Shown piece after piece: positions 11,957-25,698 of a DNA stretch of 64,000 nt. The stretch is from contig NC_042997.1 in NCBI RefSeq assembly GCF_006345805.1, forward strand, positions 209,126,001 through 209,190,000, written 5' to 3'. The DNA is from Octopus sinensis. Taxonomy: Eukaryota. Under the pieces are notes generated by a model. That model worked only from the letters and a program-made list of their open reading frames with translations. It ran no database searches and was not told the DNA's origin. Within the stretch, counting starts at the first letter, position 1. Each line of letters starts with the position of its first letter. A program made the position numbers and the translations under genes.

Positions 11957-12037
11957 CTTGTCTTCTACTGCTTCTGCGACTCCTTCATTTTCCTTGGCGC
12001 TGTCTTTCCGCTTTGCTTTGCTAGTTTTTCCTCCCAT
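11957..12037 (-). CDS. First coding exon of a myristoylated acidic CBM48 (glycogen-binding) protein: MGGKTSKAKRKDSAKENEGVAEAVEDK
   Basis: Minus strand: polypyrimidine acceptor CTTTCTTGTTTTCAG| (exon starts 12042), ATG at 12037, 27 open codons, donor AAG|GTATGT at 11956 (phase 0). MGxxxSK fits the N-myristoylation consensus. Too short for the supplied ORF track. Confidence 0.85.
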
Positions 12038-12519
12038 CCTCACTGAAAACAAGAAAGGAGACAACCATTAAAAAGCAACCATTCCATCTGGACATTAAGG
12101 TCAATCAGCCAACCAGAAGGCCAAAGGATGACACAAATAACCTTTGTGGTCATCTGGCCAGTTAGAAATAATAGCAACATTTCCATTAACTCACACCTTC
12201 CTGTCCTAAACAAGATGACATCTATGCCTGCATGATTTAATGAAGTCGTAGATAAAATGATGGGAAGGTCATGGTAGGAAGACTATTGATGACGGGTCAG
12301 TTTTGTTTGGTTAAGAATATTGCTTCACAACTCTTTGGTTTCATGTTCAGTCTCGCAGTATAACGCCTTGGGCAAGTGTGTTCTACTATAACCCCAGGCC
12401 AACCAAAACCTTGTGAGAAGATTTGGTAGATGGAAACTGAAAGAAGCCTATCAAATGTGTGTGTGTGAGAGCAAGTTTGTATTTCCTCATCCACCCATAT
12501 TCATTCGCTTATGTAGACA

Positions 12520-12790
12520 ATCATCATCATCGTTGTTTGACCGTGGTCGAGACAATGGGATTTACTATGTTACGCCAGACCTCACGGTCCATCATAGCAC
12601 TACGGAGGTCCTGTTGCTGGATGCTTGTATCCCTGGAGATTACATCAGGGTAGGAGAGTGTGCGCCCTCTTGTATCGCGAGCAGATGGCTTCCAGAGGAG
12701 AAGAGTAGAAATTACCTCATTTTCAGCTCTGCAACAATGTCCAGCAAACTGGACTCTCCTACCTTTCACAAGAGACGACACAGGTGGTAG
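12520..12790 (-). mobile_element. 3' end of a second RTE-type LINE family
   Basis: ORF 12527..12889 contains RRVQFAGHCCR...GR..LSYPD...DREVW (RTE C-terminus), followed by a (GAT)n tail. Confidence 0.75.
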
Positions 12791-13635
12791 TAATGTTGTT
12801 TGTTTGCAGTTCTGCCACGAAAGCACATCCAGGCTTCTTCGCATCTCTTGACATGTTGTGCAAACTTTGTAAACAAAAGGCCCATTCACAAGGTTTTGTT
12901 TGTGCCCGTGTGTGGACTGTTTGTTGTTCCATAGATTGAGAGATTATTACCTTCCTTGAAAACAAGGGTTGGTGACAGGAAGTGCATCTGGCCATAGAAA
13001 AACTCTGACCCAACAAACCCTTATTTGACTCAAGCAAACAGTTTCAGATCACAAAGCTCTTTGTATATAAGATTGACTTTTACGGCATTTTAAGGCTCAC
13101 AAAAGAATGTTTATAGATAATAAAGTTTGTCAAACACAATAAATTGGGCAGAGATTGAATTTGGTGTTGGTCCTACTGGAAATATTCAAATTGGGAATTT
13201 TGGGAATGTTAACATTGAAGAGGCTACTTATTAGGGCTTTTGGGTCTGTCTCTAGCATAGTCGTTTGTATTTAGACAATTGCAAATGCTTGAATGTAAGT
13301 GCATGATGTTAACTATACATCAATGAAGGATTTTTCCATAAGCATATGTGTCTAAAGAGATATAGATGTATATACAATGTATAAATACACACACACACAC
13401 ACTAATATTGAACAGTGAGAATGAGTGCTCAACACTGCATTGATGGATAAATATTCTTCATCTGTGGCTTAACAATGGTTTCATGTAGAGAGAAATCTCT
13501 CAACAATTAGCAAACTTGCCACTCGGAAATGGTCTTTATATATATATATATATAAAGACCATATATATGTGTGTGTGTGCATACATACATACATACATGC
13601 ATGGATGCAGGTATGTATGCATACATACATACATC

Positions 13636-13669
<34 letters not shown>

Positions 13670-14312
13670 TAGGTACATACATACATACATACTAGACAGT
13701 CTGGATAAGCTGGGATTTTCAGGGGGCAAAAAAAAATCAACAAACTTGTATATTGCAATCTGTAAGTGGAACAGTATAACTCTGCAAGACTTTTCTCAAG
13801 TTTAAAATGTGACATTATGTTCGTTGTCTACATTCCAATGATAGAGCTTTGTATCTTTGTTAGAAACCAGCTCCTTCTGCAGAGAAAAAAATTTAGGCCG
13901 ATGATAGTACCGCCTGATTGGCACTTGTGCCAGTGGAACATTGAAAACACCATCCAAGTGTGATCGTTGCCAGTGTCACCTTACTGGCACATGTGCTGGT
14001 GGCATATGAAAAACATTCGAGCGTGGTCGTTGCCAGTGCCGCCAGACTGGCTCCCATGCAGGTGGCAAGTAAAAAGCACCATTCAAGTGTAATCGTTGCC
14101 AGTGTCGCCTTACTGGCACATGTGCTGGAGGCACGTGAAAAACAACATTCAAGCGTGGTCGTTGCCGTGCCATCAGACTGGCTCCGATGCAGGTAGCATG
14201 TAAAAATACCCACTACACTCTTGGAGTGGTTTGCATTAGGGAGGGCATCAAGCTGTATAAACTTTGCCAGATCAGATTGTATATATATATATATACAGAG
14301 AGATAGATACAA

Positions 14313-14351
<39 letters not shown>

Positions 14352-14935
14352 CATATCCACAGACATATACACATGTTTCTCTCTCTCTCTCTCTTGGTAA
14401 CACACTTAGTCACGTTAACAAACCATCCAACCCATGCCAGCATGGAAAGCGGACGTTAAACGACAATGATGATGATGATAATGAATTAAAGAGAACAAAC
14501 ATACATGCTTGCATACAAGTTTGTTATTATTGTGGATCAATATCATGCTTGTTATTTGGTGACATTTTAAAGTGAGCCGCCACAGAAATTGCCTGCTCTG
14601 AATATGATATCATTATAAATAGAAGATGTTACAATAATGGCGTGATATCATAAAAAAGTTTGTTAGCACAATGGTTCAATGTCATAAACGCTTATGATTT
14701 CCATTTTAACCCAAATCAATACGGTACAGTCTGATGATTGACACCAAAGAATAAAATAAAAACAAATATTAATGACAAAAAATGGAGTGTAACACCTGGC
14801 ACCAATGGTAGCAATACCATCCTGTGGAAGGTGTCCATATGGTGATGGTGGGGGGGGAATCTGTGTGTGTGTGAGTGTGTGTGTGTGTGTGTGTGTAATG
14901 AGTTTAATGCAGAACAGACAGTGGTAGACATCCAC

Positions 14936-14969
<34 letters not shown>

Positions 14970-15015
14970 TCTCTCAATGAATCTCTAAAAGCACAGGAGT
15001 GCATGCACACAGACA

Positions 15016-15056
<41 letters not shown>

Positions 15057-16011
15057 CACACACACACACACACAAACACAAACACAAACACACACACGTC
15101 ATCACAAACAGCCTGTGAACCAGCAACAGAACTTCTAGGTAGCCGTTCACTCAGCCAGAAATGGTAACCAAGTCTCCCTCAAAACACATCCCTTATAAAA
15201 AAACACATTGGAAAATGTAGTCCTAAATCCATGCCTTCTTCTCAGCTACTTCCACTCACTCCTACCGTATCAAGTGGAATGGCTGTGTATCTCCTCTTAC
15301 AGCAAGACCCCTGTGTTTGGCCCTTTATCATACTTCAACTTCCCGACTTCAGTCATAAAGCCATCTCCCCATCTCAAATACTCACCCTACACACACTGAC
15401 CCATGGGGACTTTTTCCCTTGTTCTTTTTCTGTCTTGTAAGTTACAACTTGACTAGTGTCAGAGCAATGAGAAAAGCACCCAGCACACACTGTAAAGTGA
15501 CTGACATTATGAAGGGGGCATCCAGCTGTAGAAAGCATATTGTATTAAAGCTAACAATGGAGCTCAACACAACCCTGAGGCTTGCTGGATCCTGTCGAAC
15601 CCATGCCAGCATGGAAGAAGGACATTAAATGAATAAAAGGGCCAATATACATTATAAGTTTATTAATAAGAATGAAAGGAAAGGATATGAGGTGTTAGCA
15701 AAGGTTGTGTGGGATAACACCATCCTTTCAATATTGTTCACACCAACAAAATCCCCTTGAACAAACATTGAAAAAAAAGCAAAATGTTCTGTTTTATATG
15801 GTGTGTATAGACAAAGTGAAGGGGAAATAGGTCAAACCTTTTAGTATAGGTAAGGTACTACTGTGTGGTTAAGAAGTTTACTTTCCAACTACATGATTTT
15901 GAGTTTAGTTTGGTCCCACTGTATTGCACTTTGAGCAAGTCTCTTTTGTTATAGTTCTGGGCCGGCCAAAGAGGCAGGTGCATGCATGTGTATGTGTGTG
16001 TGCACACAGAC

Positions 16012-16050
<39 letters not shown>

Positions 16051-16084
16051 AATGAACGAAAGTTACAGTGAGAGTAATAGCCAA

Positions 16085-16593
16085 ATTAATTAGAAACAGA
16101 ACCAGGCAAGAGGAGATGCAGTTTGGTTCTGTGCTAAGGAGAAGAACTACTGATGCTATCTTCTTAGCCAATTGCAGAAGTGTTTAGCTAAGAGTAAACT
16201 ATTCTATTTGGCATTCATTAACCCAGAGAAAGCTTTCATCAGAGACCCTTGTTTTGTGATACGGTAGACCCTGAGAAAGCTAGGGTAACTGAATGGCAAG
16301 TGAAAGCTATACACACCATATACAAGGATGCAGTCAGTGAGGTAAGGGTTAACCATAAATTCAGTGATAAATTCAAAGTACAGATAGGAGTAGATCAGGG
16401 TTGGGTTCTCAGTTCCCTGCTACCCACCATTGTCCTCTGAGTCATTACAGAGGAATTTAGAGCAGGTTTCCCCTGGGAATTACTATATGTTGATGATCTC
16501 ACTCTTTTAGTGGAATCTGTAACAGAACTAAAATAGAAATCACAAAGGACACATGGGAAAGAGATTTTCTAGAATGCCCCTCAGGTTCCTTAG

Positions 16594-16626
<33 letters not shown>

Positions 16627-17060
16627 TACGACGGGCTCCTTTCAGTTCCTGCCTACCAAATCCACTCACAAGGCTTTGGTCGGTCCGAGGCTATAGTAGA
16701 AGACACTTGCCCAAGGTGCTACGCAGTGGGACTGAACCCGGAACCATGTGGTTGGTAAGCAAGCTACTTAACACACAGCCACTCCGTTGCTAAAATAACA
16801 ATAGGAGAGAGAACATTCAAAGAGTTATTACCTCTGTTGGCAACCAAAGTCTCCCTCTGAATAAAAGGCAGATTGTATGATGCTTGTGTGTAAACCACAT
16901 TGCTATATGGCAGTGTGACATGGGCCTTTGGCTGCAGATGATATACAAAAACTAGAGAGGAATGAAACTAGTATGTTCTGATGGATGTGAATAAGAAGAA
17001 TTATGAATAACAGAAATCAGGTGTAGAGTGCAAGAGCGAAGAGTGCACTGGTTTAGTCGT
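16085..17060 (+). pseudogene. Old degenerate RTE RT fragment interrupted by a SINE (16625-16785)
   Basis: Remnants of LAF..EKAF, VRV..KF.VQIGVDQG.VLS and WELLYVDDL. Confidence 0.7.
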
Positions 17061-18694
17061 GTGATAGATACGTTGAGCTGGCAGAATCGTTAGCATGCCG
17101 AGCGAAATACTTAGCGGTATTTCATCTGCCGTTACGTTCTGAGTTCAAATTCCGCCGAGGTCGACTTTGCCTTTCATCCTTTCAGGGTCAATAAATTAAG
17201 TACCAGTTATGCACTGGAGTCGATGTAATCAACTTAATCCGTTTGTCTATCCTTGTTTGTCCCCATCTGTGTTTAGCCCCATGTGGGCAGTAAAGAAATA
17301 GGTATTTCGTCTGCTTTTACGTTCTGAGTTCAAATTCCGCCAACGTCAACTTTGCCTTTCATCCTTTTGGGGTTGATAAATTAAGTACCAGTTACACACT
17401 GGGTTGATGTAATCGACTTAATCCGTTTGTCTTTCCTTGTTTGTCCCCTCTATGTTTAGCCCCTTGTGGGTAGTAAAGAAATAGGTATGGATGGGGATAG
17501 TTGCATGAAGAAGTGCTGCTCACACTACAAACCCCATCTCATGTTCATACCCCCTACATTCACCTCTACCCCCCATATCTAACCATCTGTTGTTACTATC
17601 CCCTCCTGATCCCCTACATACATAACACTCCTTGCTTTCTGAAGGTTTTGCTCTGTTAACCCATTGCTGTCATCTCACCTTTTTCCCTCCTGGATACTTT
17701 CATCCATTCATATGAAAGACAGCCATGGTTATTTCCCATTTCAATACATCTCTGACAACCCCTGGCATAATGTCTCCTCTCCACCTTCTCAAATACTCCT
17801 CTACTTAGTCAAAGGGCTTCCCCATTTCCCCATCCCTTTTTTTTTGTCCTTCTTCATCTGGCAAGTTATGTGGCAACCCTACTAGTGCCAATAGGAAAAT
17901 AAAATAAAAAGCACCCAGTATACACTGTAAAGGAGTTGGCACTAGGAAGGGTATCCAGCAATGGGAACCATAGAAAGTAGATAGGGAGCACAATCAGTCT
18001 GGTAGGATTTGACAATTATCCAACCCATGCCAGCATGGAAAATGCACATTAAATGATGATGGTGGTGGTTGTGTGTGTGTGTGTGTGTCTCCTTGTCTTG
18101 ACTTCCTGTAGGATGTCAAGTAGTACGTGAGTGTCACTCTCATATAAGCAGTGTCATGTTTTACTGATATTCTGTGAAGACATGGCAACAGTTGACCTTG
18201 GCATGATTTGAACTTAGAACATAAAGAGCCACAACTCTGGTTTTAATGGAACTCCTGGAATCTCGCATGAGTAGCGTGCTTGCTGCCTGCCGCCAACAAG
18301 TACGATGCCATTTATTCTCTTCAACTATTTGATACTTTCGTGAAGGCAGCTGAACATGGCGTGAAATTTTAGTTTTCTGGGGTGAAAAGATGGGCATGAA
18401 GAGTACAGCAATGGTTTGAAATGGTAGAGGTGTTAAAGAGAAACAGAGGTGTTAACCCAGTGATCGGGGGTTCAATCTGAGAACACAGATTTCGTGGTAA
18501 GATGGATTGATGTCTATTTTTAGGATATAAGGGATGCAGGCATGGCTGTGTGGTAAGTAGCTTGCTTACCAACCACATGGTTCTGGGTTCAGTCCCACTG
18601 TATGGTGACTTGGGCCAGTGTCTTCGACGATAGCCTCAGGCTGACCAAAGCCTTGTCAGTGCATTTGGTAGACGGAAACTGAAAGAAGTCTGTC

Positions 18695-18742
<48 letters not shown>

Positions 18743-19590
18743 GTGTGTGTATATGTTTGTGTGTCTGTGTTTGTCGCCCCATGATTGCCCGACAACCAAT
18801 GTTGGTGTGTTTACGTCCCTGTAACTTAGCAGTTCGGCAAAAGAGACCAATAGGATAAGAACTAGGCTTACAAAGAATAAATCCTGGGGTCAATTTGTTT
18901 GACTAAAAGTGGTGCTTCAGCATGGCCACAGTCAAATGACTGACACAAATGAAAGAATAGCGATCTCTCCTATTGTTTATATTATTATTATCATTATTAT
19001 TATTATATTATTATTATTATATTATTATTATTTATTATTGTTATTATTTTATTATCATTATTATTATTATTATTATTAATTTTTAGTCAGCAGAAAAGTT
19101 ACAAAAGTAACTCAAAGGCTGAAAGTTTTGTACACGGTATGTGTGTATGTGTGTGTGTGTATGAGTGTGTGTGTGAGTGTGTGTGTGTGTGTGTGTACAT
19201 ATACGTTCAACTGGAAGAACATCTGTCAGATTTATGCAAACATGGAAAGCTAGAGATTAAGACGATGATGATGATGGTGGTGGTGGGTGGTGGTATTGAT
19301 GATGATATATAAATGTATGTCAATGTGTTCAGCTCAGTTTATGTTCACACAAGTCCAAAAATAAACCAATGTTGTCTGGGTTGTTCACCCCCCCCCACTG
19401 CCACCATTTTATGTCCCATAACTTAGCGGTTTGACAAGTAGAGATCGATTACATAACAAACAAACTGAAAAGAAGCACTAAGGGCAATACTATTGACTAA
19501 ACCCTTGGAGGTAATGCCCCAGCATGGGCACAACCCAATGATAGAAACCAGTAAGAAACTGTTCTAAGCCGAAAGAAATTAATAACATAG

Positions 19591-19754
19591 GTGTAGGAGT
19601 GGCTGTGTGGTAAGTAGCTTTCTTACGAACCACATAGTTCTGGGTTCAGTCCCACTGCGTGGCACCTTGGGCAAGTGTCTTCCACTATAGCCTTGGGCCG
19701 ACCAAAGCCTTGTGAGTGGATTTGGAGGACGGAAACTGAAAGAAGCCCGTCATA

Positions 19755-19801
<47 letters not shown>

Positions 19802-20010
19802 GTATGTATATATGTGTGTATATGTTTGTGAGTCTGTGTTTGTCCCCGCAAGATTGCTTGACAACCGATGCTGGTGTGTTTACATCCCCATAACTTAACG
19901 GGTCAGCTAAAGAAGCTAATAGAATAAGTACTAGGCTTACAAAGAATAAGTCCTGGGGTCAATTTGCTCGACTAAAGGCAGTGCTCCAGCATGGCCACAG
20001 TTACATGACT
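19591..20010 (+). mobile_element. tRNA-derived SINE with CORE-like block and internal microsatellite (representative)
   Basis: GGAGTGGCTGTGTGGTAAG...GGGTTCAGTCCC...GGCACCTTGGGCAAGTGTCTT (CORE-like). Other copies at approx. 18540-18950(+), 22170-22515(-), 41231-41780(+), 56630-56990(-), 16625-16785(-), 10270-10480(-). Confidence 0.8.
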
Positions 20011-20942
20011 GAAACAAGTTAAAAAGTAAAAAAAAAAAAGTAAAGTAAGCATGGTTGTGTGGTAAGAAGCTCGTTTCCCAACCACATGGCTCCAGGTTCA
20101 ACCCCACCGTATGGCACTTTGGGCAACCAAAACCTTACAAGATGGAAACTGAAAGAAGCCCATTGTATATTTGTGTGTGCATGTGTCTTTGAGTGTGTTT
20201 GTCCCCACCATCGTTTGACAACCGGTGTTGGTTTGTTTACATCCCCATGGCATAACCATTCATCTAAAGACACCGATAGAATAAGTACTAAGCTTAAAAC
20301 AAAACAAAAAAAACCAACAAAGCACTGGGGTCAAGGTGGTGCCCCAGCATGGCCACAGTTCAATGACTGAAATAAAAGATAACCAAGTAAGTAACTACTG
20401 CTACTTCTACTACTACTACTACAAGAAAGGAAACCAACCTGATGACAGACATCGATCCCAGGATGAATGAAGGCAGCTGAACATGGCATAAAATTTTAGT
20501 TTTCTGGGGTGAAAAGATGGGTGTGAAGAGTACAGCAATGGTTTGAAACGGTAGTAGTGTTAAAGAGAAACAGAGGTGTTAATCCAGTGATCGGGAGTTC
20601 AATCTGAGCTGTAGCATATGTTATAATCCTGCAAATATTTTTTGGCGTATTTGGACAGTGCCACTGACTATTCGGTGCACAATGGTCCCTGTTTTGGTTT
20701 TTTTTTTACGGGGTAGGTCATATGATGAACACAGGTACTTGCATATAAGGGTGCAGAGAAGAATAGGGTACTCAGCAGTGGAGAGGAAGAAGAGAACTGA
20801 AGACAGTTATGTTGGAAATATGCTGCTTTTTTTTAAGTAAATTAATCAAGTTCTGTCCGGTTTTGAGATAAAGGACCGTTTGGTAAAAAAAAAAATCCCT
20901 GAAATTTTATCTCTTTGTTTGGATTGCAGTTGCTGCACATAC

Positions 20943-21065
20943 GCGTCAGTCTGGTGTTTGTTTGGCTGTGCAGGCGCAGATGCGTTATGTCACTGCACCA
21001 AAAGGCAGAAAAGATCTCGGCCCAAAACGTCCGACCGGTCGTCGATTGAAGTGTGATGTCAGGTA
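20943..21065 (-). promoter_or_regulatory. CpG-rich unique patch: candidate promoter / non-coding first exon of the CBM48 gene
   Basis: Dense CpGs outside any recognisable repeat (ACGCGT, CCGACCGGTCGTCGA). The minus-strand segment is ATG-free and ends in a GTATGT donor at 20942, the same hexamer used by three coding exons. TSS not determinable. Confidence 0.35.
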
Positions 21066-23862
21066 TTAAATTAGTTCGTGTTTAACGATGATGATGATGA
21101 CACAATAACGAGAGAGGGGGGAAGGAAGAGAGAGAGAGAGTGTGTGAGGAGGAGGGAGGGTGGGAGAGAGAAATGCAAAGAAGGTATAAGACATGTGACC
21201 TCTGTGATGTCAAATGGTGGAGGAATGTGTTTGCAAGGGAATTTGTGGGGCACACTTCAGAGAGAAGGGAAGGTGGGGGAGGACCGTGTGAAAATGTAGT
21301 AAAAAAACACCTGCAGGAATGAAATAAGCCGGTTGGCAACAAACTGTGTTCCATCAGAGAGGAATAAAGACCACTGAGGCAACAGAGACACTCAGACACA
21401 CAGACAGACAAAACTGTTTAAATTCTATTTTTGTTATTTCTCTATGCTGTTGGTTGGTAATTTAATAACTGTCGACTTTTTTCTCATTATTTAGAATTTC
21501 ATCATCATCATCATCATCATCATCATCGTCATCATTCTTTTAATGTTCACTTTTCCTTGCTTGCGTAAATCAGACGGAATTTATTGAGGCAGATTTTTCT
21601 TTGACAGGATGCCCTTCCTGTCCCCAACCCTCACCTGTTTCCAAGCAAGGTCACCATACTTCTCCATAACTGAACACATTTCCCCCCCAGAAGACAAGAA
21701 ATGAACAACATCACTTGTATGATGGTGATGTTTGTTTACAACCATCACATGATGTCAAGACACGGTTACACACACAAACACACACACACACACACACACA
21801 CAGAGCAGGCTTCTTTTACTTTCTGTTCACCAAATCCATCCACAAGGCCCAGGGCTATAGTAGAAGCCACTTTCCCAAGGAGCTGAACAGTGGAACTGAA
21901 CCCAAAACCACATGGTTGGGAAGCAAGCTCCTCTTGGCCATAAAGCCACTCTTTTACATCTGAAGAGACATGTCAACAAACCATTGCTTGCTACCTGAAG
22001 TTCAGAATTGTCTGTCCCATTATTACTAATCTTTACTACCTGGTTAAATACATACTTTAATCCTTTGGCATTTAAATCGACCATATCAACCCCAAATCCG
22101 TTTTATGCTCAGACCAGCCAGATCCAGTCTCTCACACCTACTCTACAATGTCTTTCTAAAAATAAACAGTTACTCTTTTACTTGTTTCAGTCATGTGACT
22201 GTGGCCATGCTGGAGCACTGCCTTTAGTCGAGCAAATCGACCCCAGGACATATTCTTTGTAAGCCTAGTATTATTCTATCAGTCTCTTTTGCCGAACCAC
22301 TAAGTTACGGGGATTTAAACACATCAGCATCGGTTGTCAAGTGATGTTGGGGAGACAAACACAGACACACAAATACATATATATATATACATATATACAA
22401 CGGGCTTCTTTCAGTTTCCGTCTACCAAATCCACTCACAAGGCATTGGTCGACTCGAGGCTATAGTAGAAGACACTTGCCCAAGGCGCCACGCAGTGGGA
22501 CTGAACCTGGAACCATGTGGTTCTTAGGCAAGCTACTTACCACACAGCCACTCCTATGCCTATATAGTTATAGAAATCTCAGAGCTACAAGACAACACAT
22601 GATTAATTCAAAACAATGTGAATAAATGAATTTAACTTTTGATAGCAAAATTTAAATGCTAAAGGATTAACCGTTTTGATTGCCGACCATCAAACGCCAG
22701 CCCTGCCTCCATGTTGCAAACCAGCTTGTTTTAAAGCATTCATTTCTAAATAAACTTTCATATTTCATATTGAAACTTCTTCGTTATGTCCCCATAAATC
22801 CTCTTCGTTTGAAAGGATTTAATCAAATCATTACCCTTTTTATGTTGTCTTCAAATTCATAATTATTTTCAAAAATAATTGAAATATATAGGATAGTCCG
22901 TTTCGTCAAAAATAGGGCCTCAAAATGGCTAAGGGTCTAATATAGGGACCTAATGTCTGGTTAGTCACGTTCTTTTTCATGCTTTTGATGGTGTTGATGA
23001 TGGTGGGGAAAAAGTTGGCGAGGAAGATAATGGCTACAGTAATGATTGTGGTGGTAGTTGTGAAGATAATGAGGATGATGATGATGATGATGATGATGAT
23101 TGAAATAATGACAGTATTGGTGATGACAAACCTTAATGAATATCAACAAACACACTGCTATTCATTATCAACAGTGGGAGCCATTATAAATCCCGACAAA
23201 TCTGAATGACCCCAGATCCAAAAAGAAATGTTCCTGTTGGGTAAAAACTTTCAGTTTCCAAAACAATAAAAAACCCTAAATTCCCTCCCTTGAACAAAAT
23301 CAGTTTTAGGGGTTTAATCACAAACCATGATTAATTCATGCAGCCCTCAAGCACCCTTCCAACAGCCCCTGATGGTTTTCTTTCTATAAAGATAATAATT
23401 TTTTCTTTAATTAACTTCTGTTTTATGTATTTTTTTTTTTTTGCAGGGGTGCCTCCCCACTAAACCAGGTTTTGGATCTGGCCTGGATATTAAAAAAGGT
23501 TGAGAACCACTGCTCTAGAATGTGGCTGTGTGGTTGAGAAGTTTGCCTCTCAGCCACATGGTTCCAGGTTCAATACTGGTGTGTGACACCTTAGGTAAAT
23601 GTTTTCTACTATATCCTTGGGCTGGCCTGAGCCTTTTGAGTGGATTTGTTAGGTGAAAACTGAAAGGAGCCCATTGTGTGTGTGTGTGTGTGTGCATACA
23701 AGTTTTTTTTCATCATCTCTGTTTATTGTCTCTTATTCCTTTCTGTTGAAGAGCATAGGCTCAAAATGTAAAAGACTTTTCCATTCTTCCTGAGCATCAA
23801 ACTAATACACTTGCTTGTTGTTCATACACCTGTCTTCATCTTTTGCTTTTCGGTAAATTTCA

Positions 23863-23912
<50 letters not shown>

Positions 23913-24242
23913 GACAATACTTTCGTGAAACGATCGTACAATGCATTAATTAACAAATTTTTAAGTGATCATGTTTAATATATTTATATATATTCTTAAT
24001 ACAATACTATTTTAGATAAATATATATCTTCACGAGGAATTTTTTTGATATTAAATTTCATGCTATTATTTCAAAATACAGTATATATAATCACTTGTAT
24101 TAATGTTTAAATACTTTATAGTATTAATATTTTTGACATTTTATACAAAGTGCACTCGTTATGAATTCAGTGTATAATATTCTAACAGAATACATTTAAT
24201 TAATGATACATACATACATACATATATATATATATATGTATG

Positions 24243-24372
<130 letters not shown>

Positions 24373-25228
24373 TACATACATACATACATATATATAAAGT
24401 GTGTTCGTCTGAAACCATGCGTGTTGAAATTAAAGTTGTTGCAGCATAAAAGACACTTGTTAGCCATTCCAAAATACAAACACACTTTTAGCTTCACTTG
24501 AATATTTATTGCTTGTAATACAGAGTCGAAATTTAAGGTAGAGAGCTGACAGAATCATTAGCGGAATTTCACTTGTCTTTATGTTCTGAGTTCAAATTCC
24601 GCTGACACCAACTTTGCCTCTCGTCCTTTTAGGTACAATAAGTACCAGCTGATATTGGGGGATCAATGAAATTGACTTAACCCCTCCCCTCAAAATTGCT
24701 GGGTTTCTGCCAACATTTGAAACTAATATCATATTAAAATTTTTGCCACTTGAAACTGTAGCCTGACCACTGATTACTGCCCAAAAACAATTTTATGTAC
24801 TGATATCTTCTGTCGTTATTGTCAGTGTCGTTGTCATCATCATTGTCCTCATCACCGTCATCATTATCATTGTCGTCATCGTCATCATCATTGTAGTCGT
24901 CATCGTCATCATCATCATCATCATCATCATTGTCACCGTTGGTCAACGTCCACTTTTCCATGCTAGTATGGGTCAGATAGAATTTGCTGAGGCAGAATTT
25001 CTCTGGCTGGATACCTTTCCTGCTGCCAACCTTCATTCGTTTCCAAGCAACAATAATTTCCCCTGTGGAAAACTGGAGACATACAACATTACTTGTATGA
25101 TGTAAATATTCAGTTATAGTCATCATGAGAAAAACTAAGACAAGGATGCTCAGAACTAACTTACAATCTGTCAGTTATGATGATGAGTGCTCCAGCTGGC
25201 CGATCAATGGAACAGTCTGCTCATGAAA

Positions 25229-25698
25229 TTAAACCATTTTCATACTGATCCAGCTGAAACCACCTCTGGCTCTGAGTACAAATGCCTTGTTTTCATAAGT
25301 TCTAATTTAAAATCTTCCACCAAACCTTAGTCACAATTTATGTTCCTAACACCAGCTTAAAGATAACTAAGTTATTTTACTAAATTCTTTGTTATATTTA
25401 AAGTAATTGAAAGAAACACAGAGCATCTCAACAGAAATATGGTAACAAAAAGGGTTAACAAATGATTAATTTAACCCTTTTCATACTGACCCGACTGAAA
25501 CTGGTTCTGGCTCCGAGTACAAATGTCTTGTTTTCATAAGTTCTAATTTAAAATCTTCCACCAAACCTTAGTCACAATTTATGTTCCTGACACTAGCTTA
25601 ATGATAACTAAGTTATTTTACTAAATTCTTTGTTCTATTTAAAGTAATTGAAAGAAACACAGAGCATCTCAACAGAAATATGGTGACAAAAGGGTTAA
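25229..25698. mobile_element. Dimer of ~230-bp piggyBac-type MITEs (TTAA-CCC...GGG-TTAA)
   Basis: Units 25229-25458 and 25471-25698. The same dimer occurs at 37236-37701 and a reversed partial trimer at 40447-41005. Confidence 0.75.

Noticed and set aside
24734-25126. Poly-Asp ORF
   Set aside because: (GAT/GAC)n tail of a degenerate RTE-like 3' end.
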